DNA from: Methanopyrus kandleri AV19
GTDB lineage: Archaea > JAADCQ01 > Methanopyri > Methanopyrales > Methanopyraceae
Assembly: GCF_000007185.1 (NCBI RefSeq)
Contig: NC_003551.1
Location: forward strand, 1,320,001-1,352,000
Length of the DNA: 32,000 nt
Reading direction: 5' to 3'
Part shown: in pieces, positions 1-8,406 of the stretch
How positions within the stretch are numbered: the stretch's first letter is position 1
How the letters are laid out: each line of letters opens with the position of its first letter
The notes under the pieces: model-generated
Told to the model about the DNA's origin: nothing
Databases searched by the model: none
Seen by the model: the letters and a program-made list of their open reading frames with translations, nothing else
Program-made: the position numbers and the translations under genes

Positions 1-1492
1 GCGCGAGCAGGAGGGCCACCGACAGGTCGGGGGCGTAGCTGGACAGGTACTGCCTGGCGATCAGGAACCCGCTTATACCCATGGCCTCGCACCCGACCAG
101 TCCCACACCCACGGTCCCCACACCCAGCGCGCCCCGCCTGGCGGTCGCGACGTCCTTCAGGTCGTTGCAGCTCTCGAGCCTCCTGAACTCGACGCCGAGA
201 CGGCCGTCCCTCCTGAGTCTCCTGAGCCCTTCGATGATCCTGTCCACGAGCGTCTCCGCCCTGTCCAGGAACGCGATCCTGTGCCGTCGGAGGTCGAGCC
301 TCGTCAGGATCTCCAGGATCAACCCCACGTCCTTCTCCTTCCGCAGGTACAGTGGCAGCAGGTAAGCGCGCCACTCGCCGGACGCCTCCACCGAGACGCG
401 AACCGACGGTCTCTCCAGCACGGGGCGGTTGGCGATCACCACGTACGCCCCGGGCAACCCGTAGTACTCGCCCAGCATCAGCTCGAGCGCCTTCTCCACC
501 GAGTCGACCTCCGGTGCGAAGACGACCCCGCCACCGGTGGCGAGCGCGATCCAACCGCCGATACCGACCTCCTCACCCGTTCTCACCGCGTGATCCAGCT
601 CGAGGAGGGCCCGCACGACCCTTACGCGTCCTTTACCCTTAACGCTCTCGATCCACTCCTCCAAGCGGCTCTCGACGACCTCACGGACCTTCTCGGCGTA
701 GTCCCCGAACACGACGTCCCGGAGCTTCCCCCTGGTATCCTCGCTCGGGTTACGGTCCAGGGCCGCCCAGACCGTGCTCAGGTGGACGAGCCGGCCACCC
801 AACGACTCTCTCAACGAGTCGCGCACGATGCCCTCCTTGACCTCCGCCAGGAGCGATCGGACGAGGCCGTGGTGGGCGTCGTCCAGGACCACCAACGACC
901 CGCTCAGGACCTCGCGGAGCCTGTCGACGCTCATGTGAGGTTCCTCACCCTCCTCCCGCATGGCCCGCTCGCGCGATTCGACGAACCGGGGTAGGTCCCC
1001 GAGCTTACGGTAGGTCAGCAGGACGACGCCGCGTTTCACCTTCCTGGCTCCGACCATGAAGTTGTGATCCCTGACCACGTCGCAATCGCCGCACCGCTCC
1101 CAGGTGCACGGGCCCTCCACGTACTCGCGAAGACGCTCGAAGTAACCCCAACGCCCGAGCTCCATCGGGTCCCCGTCGGCGCGTCTGTACACCTCTTCGT
1201 AGAACTCGGGGGTACACTTGGGCAAACTGGAGAGTTTCGGATCTTCTCCGAAGTTCTTCAGGAACTCGCTCACGGGTATCTCGCACTCGTAGTCACCGAG
1301 ATCCTTCAACCGGAGGACGTCGGAGGAGCCCGAGAGCTTGTCCCTCAAGACCCGCTCGACGTCGTCCAGGAGCGGCTCGGGGGCGACGTAGAAGCATATA
1401 TAGGACGCCTCCCCGGCCGTCAGCAGGTTCTCGACGACCCTACCGACCGTGTACGACTTCCCGACCCTCGAGGACGTTCCGCAATCCGGCAT
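1..1492 (-). CDS. P-loop NTPase (archaeal ATPase-like); N-terminus in window, C-terminus runs off the left edge
   Basis: Absent from the ORF track because it has no stop in the window. Manual reverse-strand translation from ATG 1492 is open to position 1, with frame checked at 1492, 1057 and 61. It reads MPDCGTSSRVGKSYTVGRVVENLL... with a Walker-A-like SRVGKS, a Walker-B-like LVVLDDAHH, a Cys cluster CTWERCGDCD and a hydrophobic C-terminal stretch GVGTVGVGLVGCEAMGISGFLIA. An upstream in-frame GTG at 1555 is an alternative start. The plus-strand ORFs 281..994 and 1064..1522 look like antisense artefacts. Confidence 0.6.
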   Translation of the reverse strand, partial: MPDCGTSSRVGKSYTVGRVVENLLTAGEASYICFYVAPEPLLDDVERVLRDKLSGSSDVLRLKDLGDYECEIPVSEFLKNFGEDPKLSSLPKCTPEFYEEVYRRADGDPMELGRWGYFERLREYVEGPCTWERCGDCDVVRDHNFMVGARKVKRGVVLLTYRKLGDLPRFVESRERAMREEGEEPHMSVDRLREVLSGSLVVLDDAHHGLVRSLLAEVKEGIVRDSLRESLGGRLVHLSTVWAALDRNPSEDTRGKLRDVVFGDYAEKVREVVESRLEEWIESVKGKGRVRVVRALLELDHAVRTGEEVGIGGWIALATGGGVVFAPEVDSVEKALELMLGEYYGLPGAYVVIANRPVLERPSVRVSVEASGEWRAYLLPLYLRKEKDVGLILEILTRLDLRRHRIAFLDRAETLVDRIIEGLRRLRRDGRLGVEFRRLESCNDLKDVATARRGALGVGTVGVGLVGCEAMGISGFLIARQYLSSYAPDLSVALLLA

Positions 1493-1838
1493 CCCCCACG
1501 CGACCGCCTCACCCCGGAGTGACGCGGAACGACGTCGCGATCCCGGGAAGGGCACCCCCGTTATCCCGTAGGAAAATAATTGACCGACGACACCACGACG
1601 GACGCCGTCACGGGGGTGCCCGGCATCGAACGTCTCCGTATCCCGGCTCCCGACCCAGGGATCCCGCAGCCCGGGGGACCGGCGAAGGTGTCGTGACCGA
1701 CGTCCCGCCCGTTGGGGCGTCCGAACTGAAGGTGGGCCTCGGATCTAGAACGAACTGATGGGTGTAAGGGAGTAACGACCGAAGCCGACCCCGAAAAACG
1801 GTTAGTAACCTCGAAACGCTTCGACCGGTGGGAGCGGT

Positions 1839-2108
1839 TCACCCGAACAGGAACGACTCGACGAGAGCCTCGGCCTCCTCGTACTCGCCCTCGTCGAGCA
1901 ACTCCGAGAGGAGATCGGCGGGGTCGTACTCCGACCCGCTCTCCATGAGGACGAGAGCGTCCTCGAAGATCCTCCTCGCCTCGTCCAGCATCCTCAGGGC
2001 CTCGATCAGGTCGAGCGGACTCTCCGCGTCCAGGGCCGTCTCGACGGCCTCGTCCGCGAGTCGCTCCGACTCCCAGATCAGCTCCCAGGGGTCCAAACCG
2101 TTTTTCAC
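1839..2108 (-). CDS. hypothetical small, very acidic, helical protein (89 aa)
   Basis: ORF with high GC3. Its ATG overlaps the stop of the upstream ORF by 4 nt (2105-2108). The sequence is D/E-rich and helix-prone (…LDLIEALRMLDEARRIFEDALVL…). No family recognised. Confidence 0.5.
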   Translation of the reverse strand: MKNGLDPWELIWESERLADEAVETALDAESPLDLIEALRMLDEARRIFEDALVLMESGSEYDPADLLSELLDEGEYEEAEALVESFLFG

Positions 2109-2365
2109 CCCCTCCCTCCGACGTCTTCCAGGGCCCGTTTGAGGGCGCGGCGGGCACTATCGTAGGCCTCGGTGCCGGGTTTCACTCCTTCCTGCTCCAG
2201 GTATCGCTCGAACCTCGCGATGAGCTCGAGGTTCACGGTCTCGCGCACGACCTCGTCGACCCGTCGGGACAGGCGCAGGAGCGCCCGTCCCGTGGCGGTG
2301 TCCTCGCCGACCCTCGCGGCCTCGCGCCTCAGATGTTTCCGGAGGCTGTTCATGACCCGGAGCAT
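2105..2365 (-). CDS. hypothetical small, basic, helical protein (86 aa)
   Basis: ORF translationally coupled to 1839..2108 by a 4-nt overlap. It is Arg-rich and helical (MLRVMNSLRKHLRREAARVG…). No family recognised. Confidence 0.5.
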   Translation of the reverse strand: MLRVMNSLRKHLRREAARVGEDTATGRALLRLSRRVDEVVRETVNLELIARFERYLEQEGVKPGTEAYDSARRALKRALEDVGGRG

Positions 2366-2641
2366 CAGGTCCGGGTTCCGCGCCAGTGCCTTCCCGACGG
2401 CGTCCCGCCCACGGATCGCTCAGAGGTCCCGACCTGATGGCACGCTCGGACGGTAAAAGCGTTGCCATTCACCCCCGCGCCGGTGCCCGCGGACCCTCCG
2501 CCGTCGACCAGACCCGATCTTGTATGGTGCAGGAGCGAGGGCATAGTCGGGACTCAGGATGGCAAGGCTTTTATCTTAAGGCACTGTCTCATCATCGCTC
2601 CCATACAACTTAGATGCACCTGAAGGGACCATAAGCCGGGG

Positions 2642-3265
2642 TTGGTCGAGTCGCACGCTCACGTCCCGATACCCTCGGACCCCGTGGAACGGATCCGAGC
2701 CCTCCGGGTTCTACGGGAGGTGTACCGTCGCGGGAAGAAGCCGGGCTTCGAGGTGACCTACCGGACGGTGAGCGGGAGTACCTGCGGTCCGTACTACGTC
2801 GCGAGGTGGCGGAGGGACTCGAAGTTCAGACACGGTAGGACCCTCTACCTAGGCAAGCCCGAGAACGAGAGCGTTCGGTTCACCGAATGGCTGGTTTCAC
2901 TGGATCGAAGTGAGGTTCTGGAGCTCGCGCGACACCTCATGCGCAACCTCCGCTCCGTCCTCAAGACCCTCCTCACCGAGGTCTCGAGCCTCCCATACAA
3001 GAGGGCGAGATGTGTCCTGACCCGCGGGCTCGCGCTGGCCTTCGACGCCAGACCCTCGAACTCACCGCGAATCCGCGACCTCCTAGAAGAACTTCCCGAT
3101 CGACTCGAATCCTTCCTCGTGAGGACCCTCGGAGGCTGGCCCGCGCATTACTCCTCTCACTTGAACAAGATCATCCGTTCTCGAAGGAAATCCCTCGACG
3201 GGAGGCACGAGGTACCCGACGTACAACTCGAACTCGAACGCTGGAGGCTGAGGCACGACCGGTGA
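2642..3265 (+). CDS. hypothetical protein with N-terminal 'GPYYVARWRRD…LYLGK' motif
   Basis: TTG-start ORF of 207 aa, about 65 nt downstream of a TATA-like cttttatctta (about 2568-2578). The N-terminal motif CGPYYVARWRRDSKFRHGRTLYLGK resembles the GPYWY…GK…yiGk beta-hairpin module that I recall from proteins of integrated elements. That recollection is unverified. Confidence 0.5.
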   Translation: MVESHAHVPIPSDPVERIRALRVLREVYRRGKKPGFEVTYRTVSGSTCGPYYVARWRRDSKFRHGRTLYLGKPENESVRFTEWLVSLDRSEVLELARHLMRNLRSVLKTLLTEVSSLPYKRARCVLTRGLALAFDARPSNSPRIRDLLEELPDRLESFLVRTLGGWPAHYSSHLNKIIRSRRKSLDGRHEVPDVQLELERWRLRHDR

Positions 3266-3296
3266 ACGCCGGAGAAGGGCGTCGGACCGGCGCGGG

Positions 3297-3674
3297 TCAA
3301 TCGCCCCCGTCACCACCGTCCCCGTCGTCACCGTCTCCACCGTCACCCACGTCACCCACTCCGTCACCCGTGTCCTCGTGTAGACGGTCGAACCCCGAGA
3401 ACACCCACCCGACGGGAGACCCACCGAAGGCCAACTCGAACTCATCGTCATCTCGGTCGAAGATGGGGTGGATAACATCGTGTGATGATATCGTCGCGGC
3501 GACCCGTCCCCCCAACAGGGCGACCATCGGTACGTCGTCCTCCGGTTTACGACCCATCGGCACCACGACGCCGCGCAGGCGGTAACCCTCGGTCTCCCCT
3601 CGAGTCTCACGCGGAAGGTCACGAGACGTCCCCTCCCGGGCGAGCTCACGCATGTTCTCGTCCGACCCTACCAC
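3297..3674 (-). CDS. hypothetical protein with C-terminal Gly/Asp low-complexity tail
   Basis: ORF with high GC3 ending in …DTGDGVGDVGDGGDGDDGDGGDGGD. An alternative ATG at 3653 would overlap the upstream stop by 8 nt. No family recognised. Confidence 0.45.
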   Translation of the reverse strand: MVGSDENMRELAREGTSRDLPRETRGETEGYRLRGVVVPMGRKPEDDVPMVALLGGRVAATISSHDVIHPIFDRDDDEFELAFGGSPVGWVFSGFDRLHEDTGDGVGDVGDGGDGDDGDGGDGGD

Positions 3675-3864
3675 CCCCCAGGACCCTCCTCAGCGAGCCG
3701 CGACGCCCTTCGGCACTCCCCCGGACCACGAACTGGACCCCGGTCCTCAGGGAAACCGCGTCGTTTGGTACCTCTAGAAGCCCGGAGAGCCTCGAATCGA
3801 GCTCGTCCCGGGTGCCCCTCCCTTCGAAGGTGACGCCGACCAGGCCTCCCGTCGCCTCTACCAC
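3646..3864 (-). CDS. hypothetical small protein (72 aa from GTG 3864)
   Basis: This is the C-terminal part of track ORF 3646..4095. GTG 3864 overlaps the TAG (3858-3860) of the upstream membrane ORF (GTGGTAG), which suggests coupling. GC3 is high. The part of the track ORF upstream of 3864 overlaps the membrane ORF in another frame. Confidence 0.3.
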   Translation of the reverse strand: MVEATGGLVGVTFEGRGTRDELDSRLSGLLEVPNDAVSLRTGVQFVVRGSAEGRRGSLRRVLGGGRVGREHA

Positions 3865-4157
3865 TTCGAGCGGATCACGTCGGCACACACCTCGTGCGAA
3901 CACGAGATCAGAAGCACGATCGATATCCGGGCCGTGAAGGGCGCCAATACCATCGCCACGACCGTGGGAAGTGACGGTACGATCGAAGGGGCCAGCAACA
4001 CGGCCGACAGCAGGAGGACGGGTGAGACCATCTCGAGTCTCCTGAGCCGTCGTGGGGCGCGTAACGTCCCCACGACGTCGGGCACCGTCGGACACTCCCC
4101 GACATGGTCGGTGGAATCACCCACGGTGGGGCGCGTACCCGACGGCCTTACCCCCAC
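3858..4157 (-). CDS. small membrane protein (two predicted TM helices)
   Basis: ORF containing MVSPVLLLSAVLLAPSIVPSLPTVVAMVLAPFTARISIVLLISC. The internal ATG at 4031 is an alternative start. An AT-rich TATA-like stretch (tttatctaaaaagg on the minus strand, about 4205-4218) lies upstream. Confidence 0.4.
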   Translation of the reverse strand: MGVRPSGTRPTVGDSTDHVGECPTVPDVVGTLRAPRRLRRLEMVSPVLLLSAVLLAPSIVPSLPTVVAMVLAPFTARISIVLLISCSHEVCADVIRSKW

Positions 4158-4334
4158 GCGGTCGGACGCCCGCCCGGGAAAGATGGTAAACTGAAGTGTT
4201 TCCTTTTTAGATAAACCGGTTTCCGAATAGGATCTTAGGACTCGCCCGACGCCCTCGCTCGCCGAGGTTTACCATACAAGAGGAGAGGGGAGAGGACCGG
4301 ACCCGCCCGAGGGGCCGGATCGCAACGCGTGGGA

Positions 4335-4649
4335 TCAGAACCGGAGCCCCCGCACGCCCTCCGCGTCGACCCACCTGGCGACCCTGAGGCACCTCCGGCA
4401 CATCGGCACGACGATCAGGCTGTCACCCTCCTCGAAGTCCACGCGGGCGACGACCCTCCGGAGCACCCGAGCGTGCACCTCCGGCTCGGCGAGCAGCGCG
4501 TACGTCGAATACTGCAGCCTGAACGCCCCGTGGGACTCCAGAAGCTCGCGCAGCTTGCGGCGCTCGGCCTCCCCTCCCGGTTCCTTGAAGTCGTAGACGT
4601 AGAGGCGGAGGCGCGGGGACGGACCCCCCAGGACGCCCAAGGTCACCAC
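4335..4649 (-). CDS. cas2: CRISPR-associated endoribonuclease Cas2
   Basis: Cas2-like ferredoxin-fold pattern: …RLRLYVYDFKEPGGEAERRKLRELLESHGAFRLQYSTYALLAEPEVHARVLRRVVARV…SLIVVP. The preferred start is GTG 4649 (or 4646), 2 nt after the pAgo stop codon. The track's longer ORF (start 4766) would overlap the pAgo 3' end. Confidence 0.85.
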   Translation of the reverse strand: MVTLGVLGGPSPRLRLYVYDFKEPGGEAERRKLRELLESHGAFRLQYSTYALLAEPEVHARVLRRVVARVDFEEGDSLIVVPMCRRCLRVARWVDAEGVRGLRF

Positions 4650-4651
4650 CC

Positions 4652-6754
4652 TCAGACCGGCCAGGGCCGCTCCGAGACCGGGTCCCCAGGACCCACCGAG
4701 ACCCCGTACCTCGCGAGCCTCGACGCCCGATCGGCGTAGAGCACCGGTGCAGGCAGACGACTCCACGTCCCGGACGGGTTACCCCAGTTCGAGGCCGTGA
4801 GGTCATGGACCAGCCCGATCAGGTCCCCGTCGAGCTTATCGTCACGGCGGCGCAGCGCGATCGGCCTCGGGGTCCCGGGCTTCTTATCGCCCCGTCTCCG
4901 CGGCGTGTACGGTGAGCAGCATAGGTGGACGGTCGATCCGTCGAGCCGCACGTAGGCGCCCCTAGGCGCCCGCCACCCCTCCCCCTCGATCGCGTAGACG
5001 GTCGGGTCCGACTTGATCACCTCGACGACCGTCACGTCCAATCCCAGCTCCCGTCCGACCTCCCGGACTGCCTCCAGCTCCTCCCCAGGAACGGTCCCGT
5101 CCCTGAGGTAGACCACCCGATCCGAGTACTCCCGGGCCGTTTCCAGGACGATCTCGGCCGTCCTCCCCGACGTCTCGCCCCGCTCCCCCACGGGCACCGT
5201 GAACGTCCTCCCGTGCTCGATCAGGCCATCCTCATCGACCACGAAGCACGAGCAGCAGGCCCGGCCCTCGACCACGCGACCGCCCTCGACCTTCCTCGAG
5301 ACGTCCACGCCGACCACCGCGACGTCCTTCGGACCCGAGGTCGCCCTAACCGCGTACGGCTGACCCGCGTGCTTGCAGTGGATCCCGACCGCCAAAACCG
5401 TCGCCGCGTACTTCACGGTCTTCCCGTCGGAGAGGACGCGCTCCGTGAAGCACTGGACGAGCGGGTCCCTCCTCTTGACCCTCGCGTACGTCCGATCGTC
5501 GTCCGACAGCACCCCGACCAGCACCGGCCCGTCCGCGTCCCCCACCAAGTCCGGGAGGTCCACCGCGTCCGCGACTCTGACGTCACCGGCCTCCACGTCG
5601 TGACCGAGGAGGCGCCGCAGCCTCCCGACGACCAGCTCCAGCAGGCGCTCCAGGTCCCGCTCCGAGATCCCGGCGCGCCCCGGGAGCTCCCGATCGGCCA
5701 CCAGGTGGACGGCCTCCCCGTCCAGCTCGCCCGCACCCTCGTAGGGACCGTAGTTCCACAGGAGATCGTTCAACTCCGTCCGCTTACCACGTTTCTCCCC
5801 ACCCGCGACCACGGCCGGCGGTCGGACCCTCCGCGTGTCCGTGGACCCCGGGTGCTCCCTCACCTCCACCGCGACGTCCGGGAACCTCCGCCGGAACTCC
5901 CCGAGACCCCGATCCAGCAGGTACCGGCCGACCGAGACCCTGTCCGCGACCCCCAACCTGAAGTACTCCGTCACCGGGTGCACGGGTACCTGCCACCTCA
6001 GGACGTCATCCGGGTAGTGGAGAACACCACCGCCCACCTTGACCGTCACCACGACCTCCGGATCCACCTCCACGCCGTACCCGGACCAGTGCTCCCTCAA
6101 CCTCTCCAGGTCCCACCCGTCCTCGCCCTCCCATTCGTCGGCCGGGACGGCGTCCACGACCTTCAGCCTCCTACCCGTGAGCCCACCGTCAGTGGGGATC
6201 ACGTACGTCCCCGGGAGGACCCGCTCGGCCCACCCCACGCCCCGATCCCTCACCAGGTCCTTGAGCCGGACCCTCGAGATCGCCCTCGCCCTGGGATCCA
6301 CGGACAGGAGCACGGTACCGTCCCCGAGGGCCCTGGCGCGGACCTCGAGCCCCAGCCTCACCTCGACCGGACCGTACTCGCGACCCAGCGTCCTCAGGAC
6401 CCGATCCCTGACCTCCCTCCAGTTACCGAGCGCGTACACGCCCGGGATCCTCTCCCCGTCGAACCTCCCACCGTAACAGACCTCGAAGAAGTCCCGGTCG
6501 CACAACAGGGAGTACCCGGTGTCCAGCTCGAACCCGAGCCCCTCCAGGCCGAGGCGCAGGGCGGCCCGCACCGCGTAGGCCCTGGCGGTGGGGGACAGGT
6601 CATCCCAGCTCACGCGCTCGCCCCGATCTCCGGCCGAGTAGACGACGGTGTCCACCTGGAACGCGAACTCTCTCTCCCTCAAGTGGTCCTTCACGGCTCC
6701 GCGGGCGGCCCCTCGATCGTGGTAGTCCTCCCTACGGAGAACCTCGAAGTCCAT
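4652..6754 (-). CDS. ago: long prokaryotic Argonaute (pAgo), PIWI domain with apparent DEDD tetrad
   Basis: 700 aa from ATG 6754 (MDFEVLRREDYHDRG…). PIWI motifs: GVDVS, GERGE (Glu finger candidate), YLRDG and LPAPVLYADRASRLA, with spacing similar to characterised Agos. MID-like Y/K/Q/K pattern: YARVK…VQCF…AVGIHCKHAG. The track ORF's extra 49 N-terminal residues (to 6901) overlap cas1 and are Ser/Arg-rich junk. Confidence 0.9.
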   Translation of the reverse strand: MDFEVLRREDYHDRGAARGAVKDHLREREFAFQVDTVVYSAGDRGERVSWDDLSPTARAYAVRAALRLGLEGLGFELDTGYSLLCDRDFFEVCYGGRFDGERIPGVYALGNWREVRDRVLRTLGREYGPVEVRLGLEVRARALGDGTVLLSVDPRARAISRVRLKDLVRDRGVGWAERVLPGTYVIPTDGGLTGRRLKVVDAVPADEWEGEDGWDLERLREHWSGYGVEVDPEVVVTVKVGGGVLHYPDDVLRWQVPVHPVTEYFRLGVADRVSVGRYLLDRGLGEFRRRFPDVAVEVREHPGSTDTRRVRPPAVVAGGEKRGKRTELNDLLWNYGPYEGAGELDGEAVHLVADRELPGRAGISERDLERLLELVVGRLRRLLGHDVEAGDVRVADAVDLPDLVGDADGPVLVGVLSDDDRTYARVKRRDPLVQCFTERVLSDGKTVKYAATVLAVGIHCKHAGQPYAVRATSGPKDVAVVGVDVSRKVEGGRVVEGRACCSCFVVDEDGLIEHGRTFTVPVGERGETSGRTAEIVLETAREYSDRVVYLRDGTVPGEELEAVREVGRELGLDVTVVEVIKSDPTVYAIEGEGWRAPRGAYVRLDGSTVHLCCSPYTPRRRGDKKPGTPRPIALRRRDDKLDGDLIGLVHDLTASNWGNPSGTWSRLPAPVLYADRASRLARYGVSVGPGDPVSERPWPV

Positions 6755-6770
6755 CCGGACCCGAACAGCG

Positions 6771-7766
6771 TTAGACCTCCAGGGCATCCCACACAACCCC
6801 CACGTCCTCGGGGTCGAATTCGAGCGGCTCGGGCGGGGACTGACGCGAGACCCCGTCGCGGACCTCGCGGATCCGACGGTCGACCGCCTCGAGCAGGCCA
6901 CCCCGGACCCTGCTCAGGACGGTCAGGACCGGGGCCGACACGGCGTCGAGATCGCGCAGGAGGACCGCGTCTCCCTTCCACCTGAACATCTCCCTAGACA
7001 GCGAGCCGTCCAGGAAGCGGCGGAGCACGGGGACGTCCACGGCGAGCGCCCTCCACTCCTCCATCAGGTCCAGGATCAGCCCCGGCCGCCTCCCCCTGGG
7101 ACCGTGGAGGAACCCCAGGAACGGCTCGAGCCCCGCCGCCACCGTCCTCGAGAGCAGGACCGGCAACAGCACGCCCGCGTACCCGAAGCTGATCGCCGCG
7201 TTGAACGGGTCCCTCGGGGGACGCCTCGTCCTCCTCCCGGAGAACGCCCAGTCGGGTAGGACCTCCGCCAGGGCCCGGAAGTACCGGCAGGCCGCCCTCC
7301 CCTCGTAACCGCGCAGCGCGTCGGTGGAACCCGCGTTCAGCGCCCTCTCGGCCTCGGACCTCACCTCATCAGCCGCGTCCTCTAATCCGGTGATCCCGGT
7401 CTCATTGGCTAGGAACTCGAGGACCGCGGCCCTGGCCAGGATCGAGGAGGCGATCAGCGGACGGGCGAAGGCGAGACGCGCCGACGGTTGTGAGGCGATC
7501 TCGTACTGCTTCAACCTCAGGGTCGCGTACCGCTCCGAGAACGGTACGGTCACGCCCAGGATCCGGTTCCCTCCGAGGTACACTATCGGGACCTCGTTTC
7601 TGAGCGCTAACCGCACGGCCTGGGTCGTGATCTGGGCTCCACCCGCGATGATTATCCCGGTAGTACGGACCGCTGAGTACTTGCTCTTCCCGATCCGAAA
7701 CGCGTCTTCTCTCCTCTCGATCTTACCCCTTCTCAGGAAGATCACGGTGTCGTTCGGGGCGCCCAT
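6771..7766 (-). CDS. cas1: CRISPR-associated endonuclease Cas1
   Basis: Cas1 hallmarks: …YEGRAACRYFRAL…, RRTRRPPRDPFNAAISFGYAGVL, GFLHGPRGRRPGLILDLMEEWR. ATG 7766 is preceded by ggtggggtg (SD-like). TTG 7787, the track start, is the alternative. Confidence 0.95.
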   Translation of the reverse strand: MGAPNDTVIFLRRGKIERREDAFRIGKSKYSAVRTTGIIIAGGAQITTQAVRLALRNEVPIVYLGGNRILGVTVPFSERYATLRLKQYEIASQPSARLAFARPLIASSILARAAVLEFLANETGITGLEDAADEVRSEAERALNAGSTDALRGYEGRAACRYFRALAEVLPDWAFSGRRTRRPPRDPFNAAISFGYAGVLLPVLLSRTVAAGLEPFLGFLHGPRGRRPGLILDLMEEWRALAVDVPVLRRFLDGSLSREMFRWKGDAVLLRDLDAVSAPVLTVLSRVRGGLLEAVDRRIREVRDGVSRQSPPEPLEFDPEDVGVVWDALEV

Positions 7767-7805
7767 ATCGGACACCCCACCGTCCAAAGAAGGTAGGTTA
7801 CGGGT

Positions 7806-7862
7806 TGATATTATTTACGCCTTAGTTTGACGAAAATATCAGTATATATATTATTTTTATGA
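7806..7862 (-). promoter_or_regulatory. AT-rich promoter region (TATA-like) upstream of the cas1-ago-cas2 operon
   Basis: gtatatatattatttttat lies at 7841-7860, 55-95 nt upstream of the candidate cas1 starts, against a strongly GC-rich background. Confidence 0.35.
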
Positions 7863-8406
7863 ACGATTTCTCGGCGCTCAAGCCTTGAAACCGGGGAATT
7901 CGAGGTGCGGTGATCGCCTGGGATCGGGATCGATTAACGCAAACAGCTTATATTGACCGGACATATGCTCGCGTCGCGGCGCGTTCCTAGGACATGATTA
8001 CACCAGCGTACAGGACGCTGAAAGGTTGGCAACTACGCTCGGAAGCCCTGCCTGTCGACCCCGATGGCTCTACACGCGCGGTACGACGGATCGACGGACT
8101 CCGGGCGTCTTCGGGTTCGAGACTTCCCGCCAACGACATCTTAGTGCCGAGCCCGGAGGCGGACAACGGCCCGAATCGTCACGTGTCACCGTAATCGCGT
8201 GAACGATCATCCTTGAACTATTATCCACACTATCTCGAGTTTAAACTGACACTAATTAGTTATAAAACGACTATAATTTTATTACTTAATAGAAATAAAG
8301 TTTTGAAACCTGTAATTACCTATTTTAACTATTAAGTTAATTGTAAGAGTTACGATTCTGACATCGAGGTCATGAAGCGTGCGATCGAAACCTCCGTACC
8401 TCGAGA

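Noticed and set aside
281-1522. Plus-strand ORFs 281..994 and 1064..1522
   Set aside because: The reverse strand carries one continuous P-loop NTPase frame from 1492 to the window edge. The plus-strand products are low-complexity.
6755-6901. N-terminal 49-residue extension of the pAgo ORF
   Set aside because: It overlaps the 3' end of cas1 and reads as Ser/Arg-rich junk. ATG 6754, 16 nt after the cas1 stop, starts the conserved-looking sequence.
4925-6985. 686-aa plus-strand ORF covering the pAgo region
   Set aside because: It is antisense to a gene with clear PIWI/MID motifs. The translation is Pro/Arg/His-rich low-complexity sequence typical of off-strand ORFs in high-GC DNA.
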